64,000 bases of DNA from Fidelibacterota bacterium (GCA_018650795.1 JABIFG010000272.1:10512-74511), one strand, 5' to 3'. Positions 38,249 through 49,804 are shown, counted from the stretch's first letter. The notes: generated from the letters alone by a model not told the origin. Program-made: numbers and translations.

Positions 38249-38914
38249 CTAGAAATTTGAGGACATGTCAGGTAGGTCCTTTTTATCTAAGTGTGGAACC
38301 TGAACATCTTTGGCTGGATGACCGACGACTAATAGGAGGAAGGGACGTTCTCCCGCAGGTCGCTTGAGTATTTTTGTGAGAAAATTCATAGGACTGGGGG
38401 TATGAGTAAGTGTCACAAGCCCAACATTGTGTAGTGCGGTAATAAGCATTCCTGTTGCGATGCCCACAGATTCCTTAGCATAGTAGTGCTTGATCTTATC
38501 ACCCTGTTCATTGACGGCATATTTTTGTTCAAAAATGGCTATTAGTACAGGTGCTTCTTCGAGGAATGGCTTATGTGCATCTGTACCTAGGTGTTCAAGA
38601 GTCTCTAGCCAGGTATCCCCAGCACGTCCAGCATAAAATTGCTTTTCCTCCTCTTCAGCGGCGATTCGAATTTGAGTTTTGAGAGAAGCATCTCTGACGA
38701 CGACAAAGTGCCAGGGCTGTTGGTTGGCACCACTGGGTGCTGTACCCGCAGTTCTTAAGCAATTGTCAATAACCTCCAGTGGTACTTCTTTCCTTGAGAA
38801 ATCGCGAATGGTTCTTCTGGTCTTCATGAAATCGTGAAACTTATTGGATCGACTGACCATTTCTACATCAGTCAGCTCAATAGGTTTATTAAAAGGAATA
38901 AATTGTTTTGACAT
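38249..38914 (-). CDS. nitroreductase-family flavoprotein (iodotyrosine-deiodinase/BluB-like subgroup)
   Basis: RRTIRDF and PSGANQQPW FMN-binding blocks. Confidence 0.8.
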   Translation of the reverse strand: MSKQFIPFNKPIELTDVEMVSRSNKFHDFMKTRRTIRDFSRKEVPLEVIDNCLRTAGTAPSGANQQPWHFVVVRDASLKTQIRIAAEEEEKQFYAGRAGDTWLETLEHLGTDAHKPFLEEAPVLIAIFEQKYAVNEQGDKIKHYYAKESVGIATGMLITALHNVGLVTLTHTPSPMNFLTKILKRPAGERPFLLLVVGHPAKDVQVPHLDKKDLPDMSSNF

Positions 38915-39046
38915 ATGCCCTCAGTTTTCCTGATTCAATTGTTCGAATAAAGTAATCTGGTGAGCCAGGTCATCCATAATCAAATTAGGTGTGAATTAGA
39001 ATAATCAGACATTAATGCCTGCTGAGAAATAGTTCGAAGAACATAG

Positions 39047-39292
39047 TCACAATCTCTTTTTAGCAAACGCCCTTCCCGAAGGAGTCTTCAGGTATTTCTC
39101 AAATGAGATTGCCGGTTCTTTTGTCTGAAAGGCAACATAGGTCTTTATTAACCAAGGTTTGTACCTAGAAGTGTACTCATTTTCATGACGATTGTGTTCG
39201 GCCAATCTACGTACCAAATCAGTTGTTCTACCAGTATAGAATTTGTCCTTAAACTTTATAGAACGGAGTATATAAACATAATGCATGCTCAT
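39047..39292 (-). CDS. GIY-YIG nuclease-domain protein (stand-alone, 81 aa)
   Basis: YVYILRS...FYTGRTTDLVRRLAEHN matches the GIY-YIG core. Confidence 0.75.
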   Translation of the reverse strand: MSMHYVYILRSIKFKDKFYTGRTTDLVRRLAEHNRHENEYTSRYKPWLIKTYVAFQTKEPAISFEKYLKTPSGRAFAKKRL

Positions 39293-39466
39293 TCCTTTGC
39301 CTGCTGCGACGTAGCTCGAATATATAGTTTGGGTAGAAATCAGACCCGTTTTCGCTTCATGTTATTCAGCGGAGCATGTCCCGAGTGAGTCGAGGGGACG
39401 CGGTCTCCTATGCTCTGAAGAGCGTAGTCGAGCCTGCACGGCCGTAGTTCGAAGAATGTAGGAGTG

Positions 39467-39550
<84 letters not shown>

Positions 39551-39673
39551 TATTTATCAAAGCGCGCCCATGATACATTCTGTCAGGGCATCTGTCAATA
39601 AAATGCTGTGCTTTCAATGGAAAATGTTTATCATTGAGGAAACTGAAAAAAACCCTTAGAAGGAGGAGCTGTC

Positions 39674-41461
39674 GTGGAATTTAAGACGATTGCAGAAATG
39701 TTTCTTAATGTTACAAAAAGTCATGCTGACTTAGAGCTATTTAGTGAAAAAGTCAATGATGAGTGGGTGGGAGATAAAGGCAAAGACATATATGAAATGG
39801 TTAAAAATGCATCTTACGGTTTAGCCTCCCTTGGCATTCAGCCAAAAGATAATGTGGCCATTCTATCAACGAACTGTCGTCGTTGGGCTTATTCCGATTA
39901 TGCCATCGCCACCAGAGGTGCTACTTCTGTAACTGTCTATCCTACGTTAATAGCAAGTCAGGTTCAATACATCGTAGCTCATTCCGATTCAAAATTAGTT
40001 TTTGCACAGGATGCAAGCCAGATGGATAAGGTTATGCAGATAAAAGCTGACTGTCCTGAATTGAAGTATGTCGTTTATTTTGATGAATCACTTTCATATG
40101 ACGATGAAAGTGTCATATCCTTTAATGGGCTTATGGAAAAGGGTAAGGCATTTGCTTCATCTGATGGAGCATATGACTATGAAGCTCAGGCACTTAGCGT
40201 GAAACCTGACGATATTTTAACACTTATCTATACCAGTGGTACTACTGGGAACCCAAAGGGTGTTATGCTTACCCATAGCAACCTTGTAAGCAATATTCTG
40301 GCATCCAATGCACGACTGAATATAAGTAGTGAAGATAAGTTTTTATCCTTTCTACCGTTGAGTCACAGTTTTGAGAGGCTAGGGGATTATGTTGGTACTC
40401 ATGTTGGAGCAAATATTACCTATGCTGAATCTATGGAACAGGTGATTGCCAACTTGTCTGAAGTGAATCCTACTGTAGCTATGTCTGTACCCCGCTTATA
40501 TGAAAAAATGTATGCAGGTGTTCAGGCCAAATTTGCTGCTGGTTCATTTATCAAACGTAAAATAGCTGGTTGGGCCGTCAAAACAGGATTTGAATATGTT
40601 GAAGCGCGAAACGCTGGCACTATCTCCCCAAAACTTGCCAAGAAGAAAAAACGGGCTGACAAACTGGTCTTTGGAAAGGTTCAGGCTTTGTTAGGCACTC
40701 AATTTAAATTGTTTGCCAGCGGTGGCGCACCGCTTTCAGCTGATATCGGTAAATTCTTTGATGCTGCCGGTATTACCATTCTTGAAGGCTACGGTCTTTC
40801 AGAGACTTCTCCAGTTATCACTTTGAATCCACCCCATGATTTTCGCTTTGGTACCGTGGGTCCAACTGTTGATGGAGTTGAAGTAAAAATTGCCGATGAT
40901 GGTGAAATATTGTCTCGTGGTCCTCATATCATGAAGGGTTACTACAAGGACGAAGCAGGCACCAGGGAAGCAATTAATGAAGAGGGTTGGTTCCATACGG
41001 GCGATATTGGTATTCTTGATGATGGATATTTGAGAATCACTGACCGTAAAAAGAACATTATTGTTACAGCTGGTGGTAAAAATATTGCGCCTGCTCCAAT
41101 TGAGGGTGCTCTCATACTGAACAAATACTTTGAGCAAGCACTGGTCCACGGTGATCGTAGGAAATTTGTCTCCGCGATTCTCGTTCCTAACTTTGTGGAA
41201 TTAGGTGAATGGGCCACGGAGAACGAGATTACGGACGTAACTCCTGAAGCGCTTTGCGATAATCCCAAGGTATATGAAATGCTCATGACTGAAGTCGCTG
41301 GAGTTATGCAAAAATTCAGCGGATATGAAGCAGTTAAGGAAGCAATTATACTTCCCAAAGAGTTCAGTGTTGAAGATGGCACACTCACACCCACACTGAA
41401 AATCAAAAAACGGGTTGTTGAAGAACGCTATAAAGCGAAGATTGACGCCTTGTACGATTAG
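39674..41461 (+). CDS. long-chain-fatty-acid--CoA ligase (AMP-dependent synthetase)
   Basis: AMP-binding motif LIYTSGTTGNPKGVMLTH; GYGLSET; 595 aa. Confidence 0.85.
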   Translation: MEFKTIAEMFLNVTKSHADLELFSEKVNDEWVGDKGKDIYEMVKNASYGLASLGIQPKDNVAILSTNCRRWAYSDYAIATRGATSVTVYPTLIASQVQYIVAHSDSKLVFAQDASQMDKVMQIKADCPELKYVVYFDESLSYDDESVISFNGLMEKGKAFASSDGAYDYEAQALSVKPDDILTLIYTSGTTGNPKGVMLTHSNLVSNILASNARLNISSEDKFLSFLPLSHSFERLGDYVGTHVGANITYAESMEQVIANLSEVNPTVAMSVPRLYEKMYAGVQAKFAAGSFIKRKIAGWAVKTGFEYVEARNAGTISPKLAKKKKRADKLVFGKVQALLGTQFKLFASGGAPLSADIGKFFDAAGITILEGYGLSETSPVITLNPPHDFRFGTVGPTVDGVEVKIADDGEILSRGPHIMKGYYKDEAGTREAINEEGWFHTGDIGILDDGYLRITDRKKNIIVTAGGKNIAPAPIEGALILNKYFEQALVHGDRRKFVSAILVPNFVELGEWATENEITDVTPEALCDNPKVYEMLMTEVAGVMQKFSGYEAVKEAIILPKEFSVEDGTLTPTLKIKKRVVEERYKAKIDALYD

Positions 41462-41484
41462 AATAGATGTGATATAAATATTGA

Positions 41485-41517
41485 AGAGCTCCTGTCTGAT
41501 CAGGGGCTCTTTATATT
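41485..41517 (+). terminator. terminator-like hairpin after the acyl-CoA ligase
   Basis: agagctcctg...caggggctct followed by TTATATT. Confidence 0.45.
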
Positions 41518-41534
41518 AGAAGAGGACGAGGTAA

Positions 41535-42545
41535 ATGAAAATTGCAGTGGTTGGATCCGGTAGCTGGGGCATGACTCTGGCAATTCATTTACTTAAAAAT
41601 GGGCATGATGTAGATGTCTGGTTTTATCTTGAAAAAGATTTCAAACAGGCACAGGATACACGAGAACTTCCTGATTATCTGCCAGGGGTGGTTTTACCAT
41701 CTGAACTGAACTTCACCATGGATATGGAAAAATGTGTTCGTGATAAAGACATCATTCTGATTGCCATCCCTTCACATACTGTTGGAATGACACTTGCTAC
41801 ATTGTCCAATATTATTAGTACAGAGTCAATCATAGTGAATGTGGCCAAGGGAATTGAGAACGATTCCTTAAGAACCATGAGCCAGGTTATTGCCCATGCG
41901 CTTCCAAATCATCCAGTAACTAACATATCCACTTTATATGGACCAACACATGCCGAAGAAGTTGTTAAAGAAATGCCATCAACCATTGTGGCAGCTTGTC
42001 CAGATGAAGTTTCCGGAAAGATCGTACAAAAAGCATTTATGTCTGACACACTGAGGGTTTACACCAACGTAGATATTCTTGGTGTGGAGTACGGTGGATC
42101 TTTGAAGAATGTCATAGCAATTGCAGCGGGTATCCTGACTGGGATGGGGTATGGGGATAATACATTGGCAGCCTTACTGACTCGGGGTCTCTTCGAAATG
42201 ACTCGCCTTGGTGTATTTTTGGGTGCGCAGGAACAAACTTTTGCAGGGCTGAGTGGAATGGGTGATCTTATTGTTACATGTCTCAGCGCACATAGTCGCA
42301 ACAGACATGTTGGTTTTGAACTGGGCAAAGGTCGCAAACTGAAGGAAATTCTAGAAGAAATGAAGATGGTCGCTGAGGGCATCAACACGTCGAGATCAGT
42401 ACATCAGCTTATTGCAAAAACAGGAGTTGAGATGCCCATCTCAGAACAAATATTTCAGGTCCTGTTTGAAGAAAAAGATCCTCGTATTGCTGTAGAGGAA
42501 TTGATGGGCCGGGCTCCGAGGCAGGAACGCCATTCTTTAAGCTAA
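41535..42545 (+). CDS. gpsA: NAD(P)H-dependent glycerol-3-phosphate dehydrogenase
   Basis: KIAVVGSGSWG Rossmann motif and GpsA core blocks. Confidence 0.92.
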   Translation: MKIAVVGSGSWGMTLAIHLLKNGHDVDVWFYLEKDFKQAQDTRELPDYLPGVVLPSELNFTMDMEKCVRDKDIILIAIPSHTVGMTLATLSNIISTESIIVNVAKGIENDSLRTMSQVIAHALPNHPVTNISTLYGPTHAEEVVKEMPSTIVAACPDEVSGKIVQKAFMSDTLRVYTNVDILGVEYGGSLKNVIAIAAGILTGMGYGDNTLAALLTRGLFEMTRLGVFLGAQEQTFAGLSGMGDLIVTCLSAHSRNRHVGFELGKGRKLKEILEEMKMVAEGINTSRSVHQLIAKTGVEMPISEQIFQVLFEEKDPRIAVEELMGRAPRQERHSLS

Positions 42546-42808
42546 ATTACAGTCCAGAATCAAATTGTAAATTCTAATTACAAGCATTGGTGACGCTCAT
42601 TGAATGGCGCTACAACTCAACTCTTTCCATCACGATACCCATTACATTACACGTACTTAAATTTTTCAATTTCAAGCGGCTGGATTTTATCGATCTGATT
42701 GTTGAATAGTTTGTATCTGGTAGGTTAACGAATATATTCAATGTTTCGGATTCGAACGTAATTCGATGAAGCAAAATGAAGTTATTGTTTAGAGGTATTT
42801 TTACATAA

Positions 42809-43840
42809 ATGAGTATTGATCAAACTGTGAAGCATAGGAACTGGGAAGTCTTACAGACTTTGCTTCTGGAGAATGACAAATTTATCTTCTCCACACATGT
42901 TCAACCTGATGCAGATGGAGTGGGGTCCGAACTCGGCCTCGCAAGGTATCTAACATCCCTTGGAAAGACGGTGCATATTCTGAATCCGTCCCCTTTAAGG
43001 GTCAACCTCGAATTTTTACCGATAAATAATGAGATTGAAGTGTACGATGCTTCACTGCATGCAGATCTCATAGCCGACTCGGATGTGTTTATTGCTTTTG
43101 ATATCGGTCATTATGATCGTTTATTGGAAATCGGTGTGGATCTTCAATCGATAGATATTCCAAAAGTGAGTATTGACCACCATCCAGGTGATAAATCTCA
43201 ATTTGATATTCAGTATGATATTCCAACGGCCAGTTCCACAGGTATTCTCATCTATGATCTTTTGAACTCCATGGATGATACGGCAAATTCCCACCTGGAT
43301 ATTGCAGTGCCTCTTTATTCCGCTATGATGAGCGATACGGGTAATTTTAGATTTAATAACACAGATCCAGAGACCTTGATGGCGGCAGCCAATCTGGTTG
43401 CTGCAGGTGTCAAGCCGTATGAGCTATATGTTTATCTTTATGAAGATTTAAACACGCCGGGTAGACTCCAGGTTATCCAGAGACTGCTTAGCGAATTGAG
43501 ATACGAATGTGGTGGCAGGTTAGCCTGGTCCGTTATCAATTTTGAAGATATCCGACCATTAGGTGCTGTCCCAGATGATATGAATTCTCTATCAGATTTC
43601 ATACGATCCATTAGAGGAGTTGAAGTTGGCATTTCAATCACCCAGATGTCAGGTGAAAAAGTTGATGTGAGCTTCAGATCAAAAGGAAAGATACCGATAA
43701 ATACAGTTGCACAATTCTTTGGTGGCGGAGGTCATGCTTTTGCGGCTGGATGCCATGTTGAAGGAACCCTTGAAAATGCTGCAGAGTCGGTGGTTAAGAA
43801 GACTCTAGAAGCAATCAAAGCGTGGGATGGGAATGTCTGA
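42809..43840 (+). CDS. DHH/DHHA1 phosphoesterase (NrnA-like oligoribonuclease/pAp phosphatase)
   Basis: DHH motifs HVQPDADGVGS and IDHHPG, plus C-terminal DHHA1 GGGH. Confidence 0.8.
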   Translation: MSIDQTVKHRNWEVLQTLLLENDKFIFSTHVQPDADGVGSELGLARYLTSLGKTVHILNPSPLRVNLEFLPINNEIEVYDASLHADLIADSDVFIAFDIGHYDRLLEIGVDLQSIDIPKVSIDHHPGDKSQFDIQYDIPTASSTGILIYDLLNSMDDTANSHLDIAVPLYSAMMSDTGNFRFNNTDPETLMAAANLVAAGVKPYELYVYLYEDLNTPGRLQVIQRLLSELRYECGGRLAWSVINFEDIRPLGAVPDDMNSLSDFIRSIRGVEVGISITQMSGEKVDVSFRSKGKIPINTVAQFFGGGGHAFAAGCHVEGTLENAAESVVKKTLEAIKAWDGNV

Positions 43841-44690
43841 CCATCTGAAAATTAGAGTTGCTAAAGATGCCGGATTTTGCTTTGGCGTAAGGGACGCCAT
43901 TGAAAAAGCTCGGGAGATTGCCAGGGAGCATGGCAAAGTTTATATGCTTGGGGATATCGTTCACAATGAACGTGTTGTAAACGATCTGACTAAAGAAAAT
44001 GTTAGGGTTGTTGATTCTCTCGATGATGTCACGGATGCACCGGTTCTGTTTAGAGCTCATGGAACGACTCCCGAGTTATGGGAAGAAGCTGGTAGGAAAG
44101 ATTTGGCCATAGTTGATGCGACTTGCCCCTTAGTGCATGAGATCCATAATGAGATTAAAAAACTGAACGACGAAGCTAGAAAATTGATCATAATTGGTGA
44201 TCATGGTCATGATGAGGTCATAGCCATACGAGCTCAGGTTCGTGAAGCAATTATCATAGCCTCAATTGCAGAGGCAGAAGCTTTACCACGCATAAAGAAG
44301 GCTGGTATTGTCTCTCAATCCACTCAGATGATAGAGAATGTTCAGGAAATAATCGGCATTCTTTCCATGAAAATATTTGATTTAAGATTCGTCAATACGG
44401 TTTGCTTTCCAACCAGGAGAAATCAGGGCCAAATTAAAGAGTTAGCGCCTATTTCAGATGTGATGATCATCGTTGGTTCTTTTACCAGTGCCAATACAAA
44501 AAGACTGCATGAAGTTTCACTGGGATTGAATCCACACTCATATATGGTTGAAAGTGCATCTGATATAAAAGAAAGCTGGTTTGATGAAGCTGAATCAGCA
44601 GGCGTCTCTGCTGGTGCTTCCTCACCAGATGATCTTATCCAAGAAGTCGTTGAACATTTAAGTAACTTACACGTGAAATCACGTGTGTAA
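43827..44690 (+). CDS. ispH: 4-hydroxy-3-methylbut-2-enyl diphosphate reductase
   Basis: Three conserved cysteines in CFGVRDA, ATCPLV and VCFPT contexts. Overlaps the upstream gene by 14 nt. Confidence 0.9.
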   Translation: MGMSDHLKIRVAKDAGFCFGVRDAIEKAREIAREHGKVYMLGDIVHNERVVNDLTKENVRVVDSLDDVTDAPVLFRAHGTTPELWEEAGRKDLAIVDATCPLVHEIHNEIKKLNDEARKLIIIGDHGHDEVIAIRAQVREAIIIASIAEAEALPRIKKAGIVSQSTQMIENVQEIIGILSMKIFDLRFVNTVCFPTRRNQGQIKELAPISDVMIIVGSFTSANTKRLHEVSLGLNPHSYMVESASDIKESWFDEAESAGVSAGASSPDDLIQEVVEHLSNLHVKSRV

Positions 44691-44724
44691 ATATTGATAT
44701 AATAAGTTTCTGGAGACAACGAAA

Positions 44725-45606
44725 ATGACAAATGAGCTGTTCGAAGTAAAAACAGGATTAGCTGAAATGCTCAAAGGTGGAGTTATTATGGATGTAACTA
44801 CACCACAACAGGCTGAAATCGCCGAACAGGCTGGTGCCGTTGCAGTGATGGCCCTGGAACGAATTCCAGCTGATATTCGTAAGGATGGTGGCATTGCCAG
44901 AGCTTCAGATCCGAGGATGATCAAAGAAATTCAGAAAACTGTTTCAATACCGGTAATGGCTAAATGTCGAATCGGTCACTTTGCTGAGGCTCAGATTCTT
45001 GAAGCCCTGGAGATCGACTATATCGACGAGAGCGAAGTGTTAACGCCTGCCGATGAGGCCAATCATATCTGGAAACATGATTTCAAAACACCCTTTGTCT
45101 GTGGTGCGACCAATTTGGCCGAAGCCCTACGACGAATTGGTGAGGGCGCTGCCCTTATTAGAACAAAAGGGGAGCCAGGCACCGGAAATATTGTTGAAGC
45201 AGTACGCCACATGCGTACCATCACAACTGAAATGGCCAATTTGAGTACATTACGAACTGATGAACTCATGGCTGCAGCAAAAAACATGGGAGCTCCCTTT
45301 CATCTGGTTGCTCAGGTGGCCAAGACAGGTAAACTTCCTGTTCCAAATTTTTCAGCCGGCGGAATCGCCACCCCAGCTGATGCATCCCTTATGATGCAAC
45401 TGGGAGCGGAAACTATTTTTGTGGGATCAGGAATTTTCAAATCTGAAGATTCTGAAGCCATGGCCAAAGCCATTGTTCAGGCCGCTACTTTCTATGATAA
45501 ACCTGAAAAACTGGCTGAGATCTCTGATGGTCTTGGAAAAGCCATGAAGGGTCTTGATATGTTAGAAATAAATCCTGAAGACAGAATGCAAGATAGAGGC
45601 TGGTAG
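44725..45606 (+). CDS. pdxS: pyridoxal 5'-phosphate synthase lyase subunit
   Basis: Strong PdxS conservation ([28 protein letters not shown]). Confidence 0.95.
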   Translation: MTNELFEVKTGLAEMLKGGVIMDVTTPQQAEIAEQAGAVAVMALERIPADIRKDGGIARASDPRMIKEIQKTVSIPVMAKCRIGHFAEAQILEALEIDYIDESEVLTPADEANHIWKHDFKTPFVCGATNLAEALRRIGEGAALIRTKGEPGTGNIVEAVRHMRTITTEMANLSTLRTDELMAAAKNMGAPFHLVAQVAKTGKLPVPNFSAGGIATPADASLMMQLGAETIFVGSGIFKSEDSEAMAKAIVQAATFYDKPEKLAEISDGLGKAMKGLDMLEINPEDRMQDRGW

Positions 45607-45615
45607 GGAGATATT

Positions 45616-46218
45616 TTGACTGTTCGACCAGAATATGACGAATTAACCATAGGCGTTGTAGCACTACAGGGCAGCTTTGCCAAACATGCCTTCGCCATGG
45701 GAAAACTCGGTATTAAAAGTCGAGCTGTACGGGAACCTGGGGACTTGAAGCTTATTGATGCTTTGATTCTACCTGGGGGTGAATCTACAACCATGACGCT
45801 ACTCCTTGAGGAGGAAGGTCTGTGGGAGCCAATGAATGAAGTCCTGGAGACAATGCCTGTTTTTGGCACTTGCGCCGGTGCAATTCTATTGGGTCAACAA
45901 GTTGACGATGAGAGAGTTCGCTGTTTTAACAAAATTGATTACAAAGCTGAGCGAAATGCTTATGGTCGTCAAATTGAATCATTTAGTACTTCACTGGTGA
46001 TCCCCAGCATCATAGATCATGATTTTCATGCGATTTTTATTCGTGCACCCAAATTTCGAGAAATCAAACCAAGCGTTATGTCATTGGCTGTATTTGGAGC
46101 TGACCCTGTACTCATGAGACAAGACAATGTACTGGTTGCATCCTTTCATCCTGAATTAACTGAAGACTCAGGTATCCATAAGTATTTTGTGGATGAAATC
46201 GTTTTAAATTCGAGGTAG
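45616..46218 (+). CDS. pdxT: pyridoxal 5'-phosphate synthase glutaminase subunit
   Basis: GGESTTM and FGTCAGAILL catalytic Cys. Follows pdxS. Confidence 0.9.
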   Translation: MTVRPEYDELTIGVVALQGSFAKHAFAMGKLGIKSRAVREPGDLKLIDALILPGGESTTMTLLLEEEGLWEPMNEVLETMPVFGTCAGAILLGQQVDDERVRCFNKIDYKAERNAYGRQIESFSTSLVIPSIIDHDFHAIFIRAPKFREIKPSVMSLAVFGADPVLMRQDNVLVASFHPELTEDSGIHKYFVDEIVLNSR

Positions 46219-46225
46219 ACTATCC

Positions 46226-48103
46226 ATGTCGGATAAATATAAATTTTTAAAAACCATAGATTCCCCAGATGATCTTAAAGTTTTAGCTGAATCTGAATTA
46301 ATTGAGCTATGTCAAGAAATCCGGGATTATACTATTGAAGTTGTTTCAGAAACAGGTGGTCATTTAGCCCCAACTCTGGGTGTTGTGGAACTTTCTGTTG
46401 CTCTGCATAAAGTATTTAACTCACCTCAAGACAAAATTATCTGGGATGTTGGTCATCAGGCCTATGCCCATAAAATTTTAACTGGGCGTCGAGAAAAGTT
46501 AAAAACAATACGTCAATATGGTGGTATTAGCGGCTTTTGTAAGCCTGAGGAGAGTGAACACGACGTCTATGGCGCCGGGCATGCATCTACATCTATTTCA
46601 GCCGGTGTTGGTTTTGCCATCGCTCGAGATTTGAAAGGTGAGGATCATCAGGTTATCTCTATTATTGGGGATGGAGCATTGACTGGTGGGCTGTCATTTG
46701 AGGGATTGAACAATCTGGGGATGCTAAGAACCCGGATGATGATCATCCTAAACGATAATGAAATGTCCATTTCGCCAAATGTTGGTGCAATGTCAAAATA
46801 TTTATCAAAGATTACTACCAACCCGCTTTACAATCGTGTCAGGGACGAGCTTTGGAATGTTACCGGTAAGCTCCCAATCGGTAAGAAAGCTATTCGGACC
46901 GGTATGAAAAAGGTAGAGGAGAGTCTCAAGAATCTATTGGTGCCTGGTGTCATATTTGACGAAATGGGGATTCGCTATTTCGGACCTATTGATGGTAATG
47001 ATTTACCACTATTGATATCCACTATGGAAAATATCAAGGATATAAGTACCCCTATTCTGCTACACATTATAACTAAAAAGGGGCTCGGTTTTGCACAAGC
47101 TGAAGAAAATCCTGCCAAATTCCATGGTATCGGTCCTGCTGCCAAGCCGGGTCAAGCAGTTGCAAAGAAGGAAGCACCTCCCTTTTTGAATGTATTTGGA
47201 GATGAGCTCAGTGCGTTGGCTAAAAAGGATAAGCGAATAGTAGCAATTACAGCTGCCATGCCAGATGGTACAGGATTATCTGGTTTTGCTGATAAATATC
47301 CCGATCGCTTTTACGATGTAGGTATCGCTGAGGGGCATGCTGTAACTTTTGCTGCCGCCCTCGCTTCACGTGGTTTGAAACCATTTGTGGCTATCTATTC
47401 CACATTTTTGCAGCGTGCATATGACATGCTGGTGCATGACATAGCTGTACAAAAAATACCTGTTATATTTATGCTGGATCGGGCTGGATTGGTTGGTGAG
47501 GACGGTCCCACACATCATGGTGTGTTGGATTTATCCTACCTCTCCAGTATCCCTGGAGCTATCGTTGCTGCTCCTCGCAATGGTGAAGAACTGCGTCATA
47601 TCATGCAGACAGCCCTGGAACATGAGGATGGTCCATTCTTTATCCGTTATCCTAAAGCCACTTCGGTAAAAAATAGGAAATCGATTAAGAGCAAGGCCGT
47701 TGAAATAGGTAAATGGGAGACACTATCAGAGGGTCAGGATATCGCCATTATTGCAGTAGGCTCGATGAATCCAGTGGTTGAAAAAGCGGTTAAAATACTT
47801 TCAGCAGAAGGGGTTAACACCAGCTACGTCGATGCCAAGTTTATCAAGCCCTTTGATGAAGAGCTGCTTCTGTCACTTATGAAATCAAACAAGCATATCC
47901 TGGTTGTTGAAGAGAATAATTACCCCGGCAGCCTTGCACAGACAATAAAAGCTTTTGCAGAACCTGTTGAAAATTGCGCCAAGATACATTCACACACTCT
48001 ACCAGATAGATTTGTTACCCATGGTTCACGGGCACAATTATTAGCAGAAGTGAAGTTGACGTCTGAAGAAATCGCTGCTGCAGTTTTTAAATTGAATAAA
48101 TAA
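46226..48103 (+). CDS. dxs: 1-deoxy-D-xylulose-5-phosphate synthase
   Basis: TPP-binding GDGALTGG and GHxxxSxS blocks; 625 aa. Confidence 0.95.
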   Translation: MSDKYKFLKTIDSPDDLKVLAESELIELCQEIRDYTIEVVSETGGHLAPTLGVVELSVALHKVFNSPQDKIIWDVGHQAYAHKILTGRREKLKTIRQYGGISGFCKPEESEHDVYGAGHASTSISAGVGFAIARDLKGEDHQVISIIGDGALTGGLSFEGLNNLGMLRTRMMIILNDNEMSISPNVGAMSKYLSKITTNPLYNRVRDELWNVTGKLPIGKKAIRTGMKKVEESLKNLLVPGVIFDEMGIRYFGPIDGNDLPLLISTMENIKDISTPILLHIITKKGLGFAQAEENPAKFHGIGPAAKPGQAVAKKEAPPFLNVFGDELSALAKKDKRIVAITAAMPDGTGLSGFADKYPDRFYDVGIAEGHAVTFAAALASRGLKPFVAIYSTFLQRAYDMLVHDIAVQKIPVIFMLDRAGLVGEDGPTHHGVLDLSYLSSIPGAIVAAPRNGEELRHIMQTALEHEDGPFFIRYPKATSVKNRKSIKSKAVEIGKWETLSEGQDIAIIAVGSMNPVVEKAVKILSAEGVNTSYVDAKFIKPFDEELLLSLMKSNKHILVVEENNYPGSLAQTIKAFAEPVENCAKIHSHTLPDRFVTHGSRAQLLAEVKLTSEEIAAAVFKLNK

Positions 48104-48112
48104 ATATCAGGA

Positions 48113-49786
48113 GTGGGTTTAACTATGCCAGATCAATCCTACCAAGATAGTCTGAAACGCTGGAAGCAGAAAGTCGCTGATACAAAAGAGCGAGAATATG
48201 ACTATGATACGGTTTCTGGATTATCAAATGATTTACTGTATCTCCCAGATGTGGATAATCAGGATTTAGATCAATACATGGAAAAATTGGGATTTCCAGG
48301 TGAATATCCTTTTACAAGAGGAGTTCACTCCAATATGTATCGTGGTCGTTTATGGACCATGAGGCAGTTTGCCGGATTTGGAAGCCCTGAAGATACCAAC
48401 AAACGGTTCAAGTTTCTGCTGGAACAAGGCCAGACTGGTCTCAGCGTGGCCTTTGATATGCCCACGCTTATGGGTTATGACTCCGATCATTCTCTTTCAC
48501 TAGGTGAAGTTGGTCATTGTGGTGTGTCCATCAATTCAATTGATGATATGATGACCCTATTTGATGGAATTCCCCTTGACCAAGTATCCACTTCAATGAC
48601 CATTAACGGTCCTGCCATAATTCTCCTTGCCATGTATGTAGTAGTAGGGGAAAGACAGGGCGTTTCAGCGGATAAACTGCATGGTACATTGCAGAACGAC
48701 ATTCTCAAAGAATACATTGCTCAAAAGGAATTCATTTTTCCACCTGAACCATCCATGCATATCATCACGGATATGATTGAATGGTGTACTGATTTTATGC
48801 CTGCCTACAACACGATATCCATATCAGGCTATCATATTCGGGAAGCAGGCTCAACGGCTGCACAGGAGCTCGCATTTACCCTAGCCGATGGTTTCGCCTA
48901 TGTTGAGGCAGCAATTGAACGAGGTCTGGATGTGGATAAATTTGCCCGGCGACTGAGTTTCTTTTTTAACTCGCATATTGATTTCTTTGAAGAGATTGGA
49001 AAATTTCGTGCGGCCAGACGCATTTACGCCAAGCGTATGAAGGAAAAGTATGGAGCCAAGGATCCCCGCTCCTGGATGCTCCGTTTTCACACGCAGACAG
49101 CAGGTCATAGCCTTACAGCCCCGCAACCTGAAAACAACATCGTCAGAACCGCCTACGAGGCCCTGGCTGGAGTGTTGGGCGGTACTCAGTCTCTGCATAC
49201 CAACTCAATGGATGAAGTTCTGGCCTTGCCCACTGAGAAAAGTGTCGAGATTGCTCTGAGGACTCAACAGGTAATCGCCTATGAAACTGGTGTTGGATCC
49301 ACCATAGACCCTTTGGGTGGTTCATATTATGTGGAAGCCATGACTGATAAAATGGAATCTGAAGCTGAAAAATATTTTGAAACTATCGATGAATTGGGTG
49401 GTGTCGTCGCAGCCATAGAAGTGGGTTACTTCCAACGCGAGATTGGCAAAGCGGCTTATGATGTTGCTCGCAAATACGATGAGAAAAAGCGTATTATCGT
49501 TGGTGTGAATGGATTTATTCGTGAAAATGAGACAATTGATATCCCAGTTCTCATAATTGATAAATCAGTTGAGGCAAATCAGGTCTCTAGGGTTAAAGCA
49601 CTACGAAATTCAAGAACACAGACCGATACAGATGTAGCTCTTGCAAAACTTACACAGGCCTGCGAGTCTGGAAAGAACGTCATGCCGCCGCTGCTTGAAG
49701 CTGTACGCCAGTCTGCCACGCTTGGAGAGATGGTTGATGCCATGAAAGTTGTCTACGGAACCTATACTGAAACCCCGGTATTTTAG
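48113..49786 (+). CDS. methylmalonyl-CoA mutase-family catalytic (large, N-terminal domain) subunit without a fused B12-binding domain
   Basis: FTRG...[14 protein letters not shown]...[18 protein letters not shown] core. 557 aa, which is the size of split-type (archaeal/Icm-like) large subunits. Confidence 0.85.
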   Translation: MGLTMPDQSYQDSLKRWKQKVADTKEREYDYDTVSGLSNDLLYLPDVDNQDLDQYMEKLGFPGEYPFTRGVHSNMYRGRLWTMRQFAGFGSPEDTNKRFKFLLEQGQTGLSVAFDMPTLMGYDSDHSLSLGEVGHCGVSINSIDDMMTLFDGIPLDQVSTSMTINGPAIILLAMYVVVGERQGVSADKLHGTLQNDILKEYIAQKEFIFPPEPSMHIITDMIEWCTDFMPAYNTISISGYHIREAGSTAAQELAFTLADGFAYVEAAIERGLDVDKFARRLSFFFNSHIDFFEEIGKFRAARRIYAKRMKEKYGAKDPRSWMLRFHTQTAGHSLTAPQPENNIVRTAYEALAGVLGGTQSLHTNSMDEVLALPTEKSVEIALRTQQVIAYETGVGSTIDPLGGSYYVEAMTDKMESEAEKYFETIDELGGVVAAIEVGYFQREIGKAAYDVARKYDEKKRIIVGVNGFIRENETIDIPVLIIDKSVEANQVSRVKALRNSRTQTDTDVALAKLTQACESGKNVMPPLLEAVRQSATLGEMVDAMKVVYGTYTETPVF

Positions 49787-49804
49787 TAGGATCATGACTT
49801 AGAA

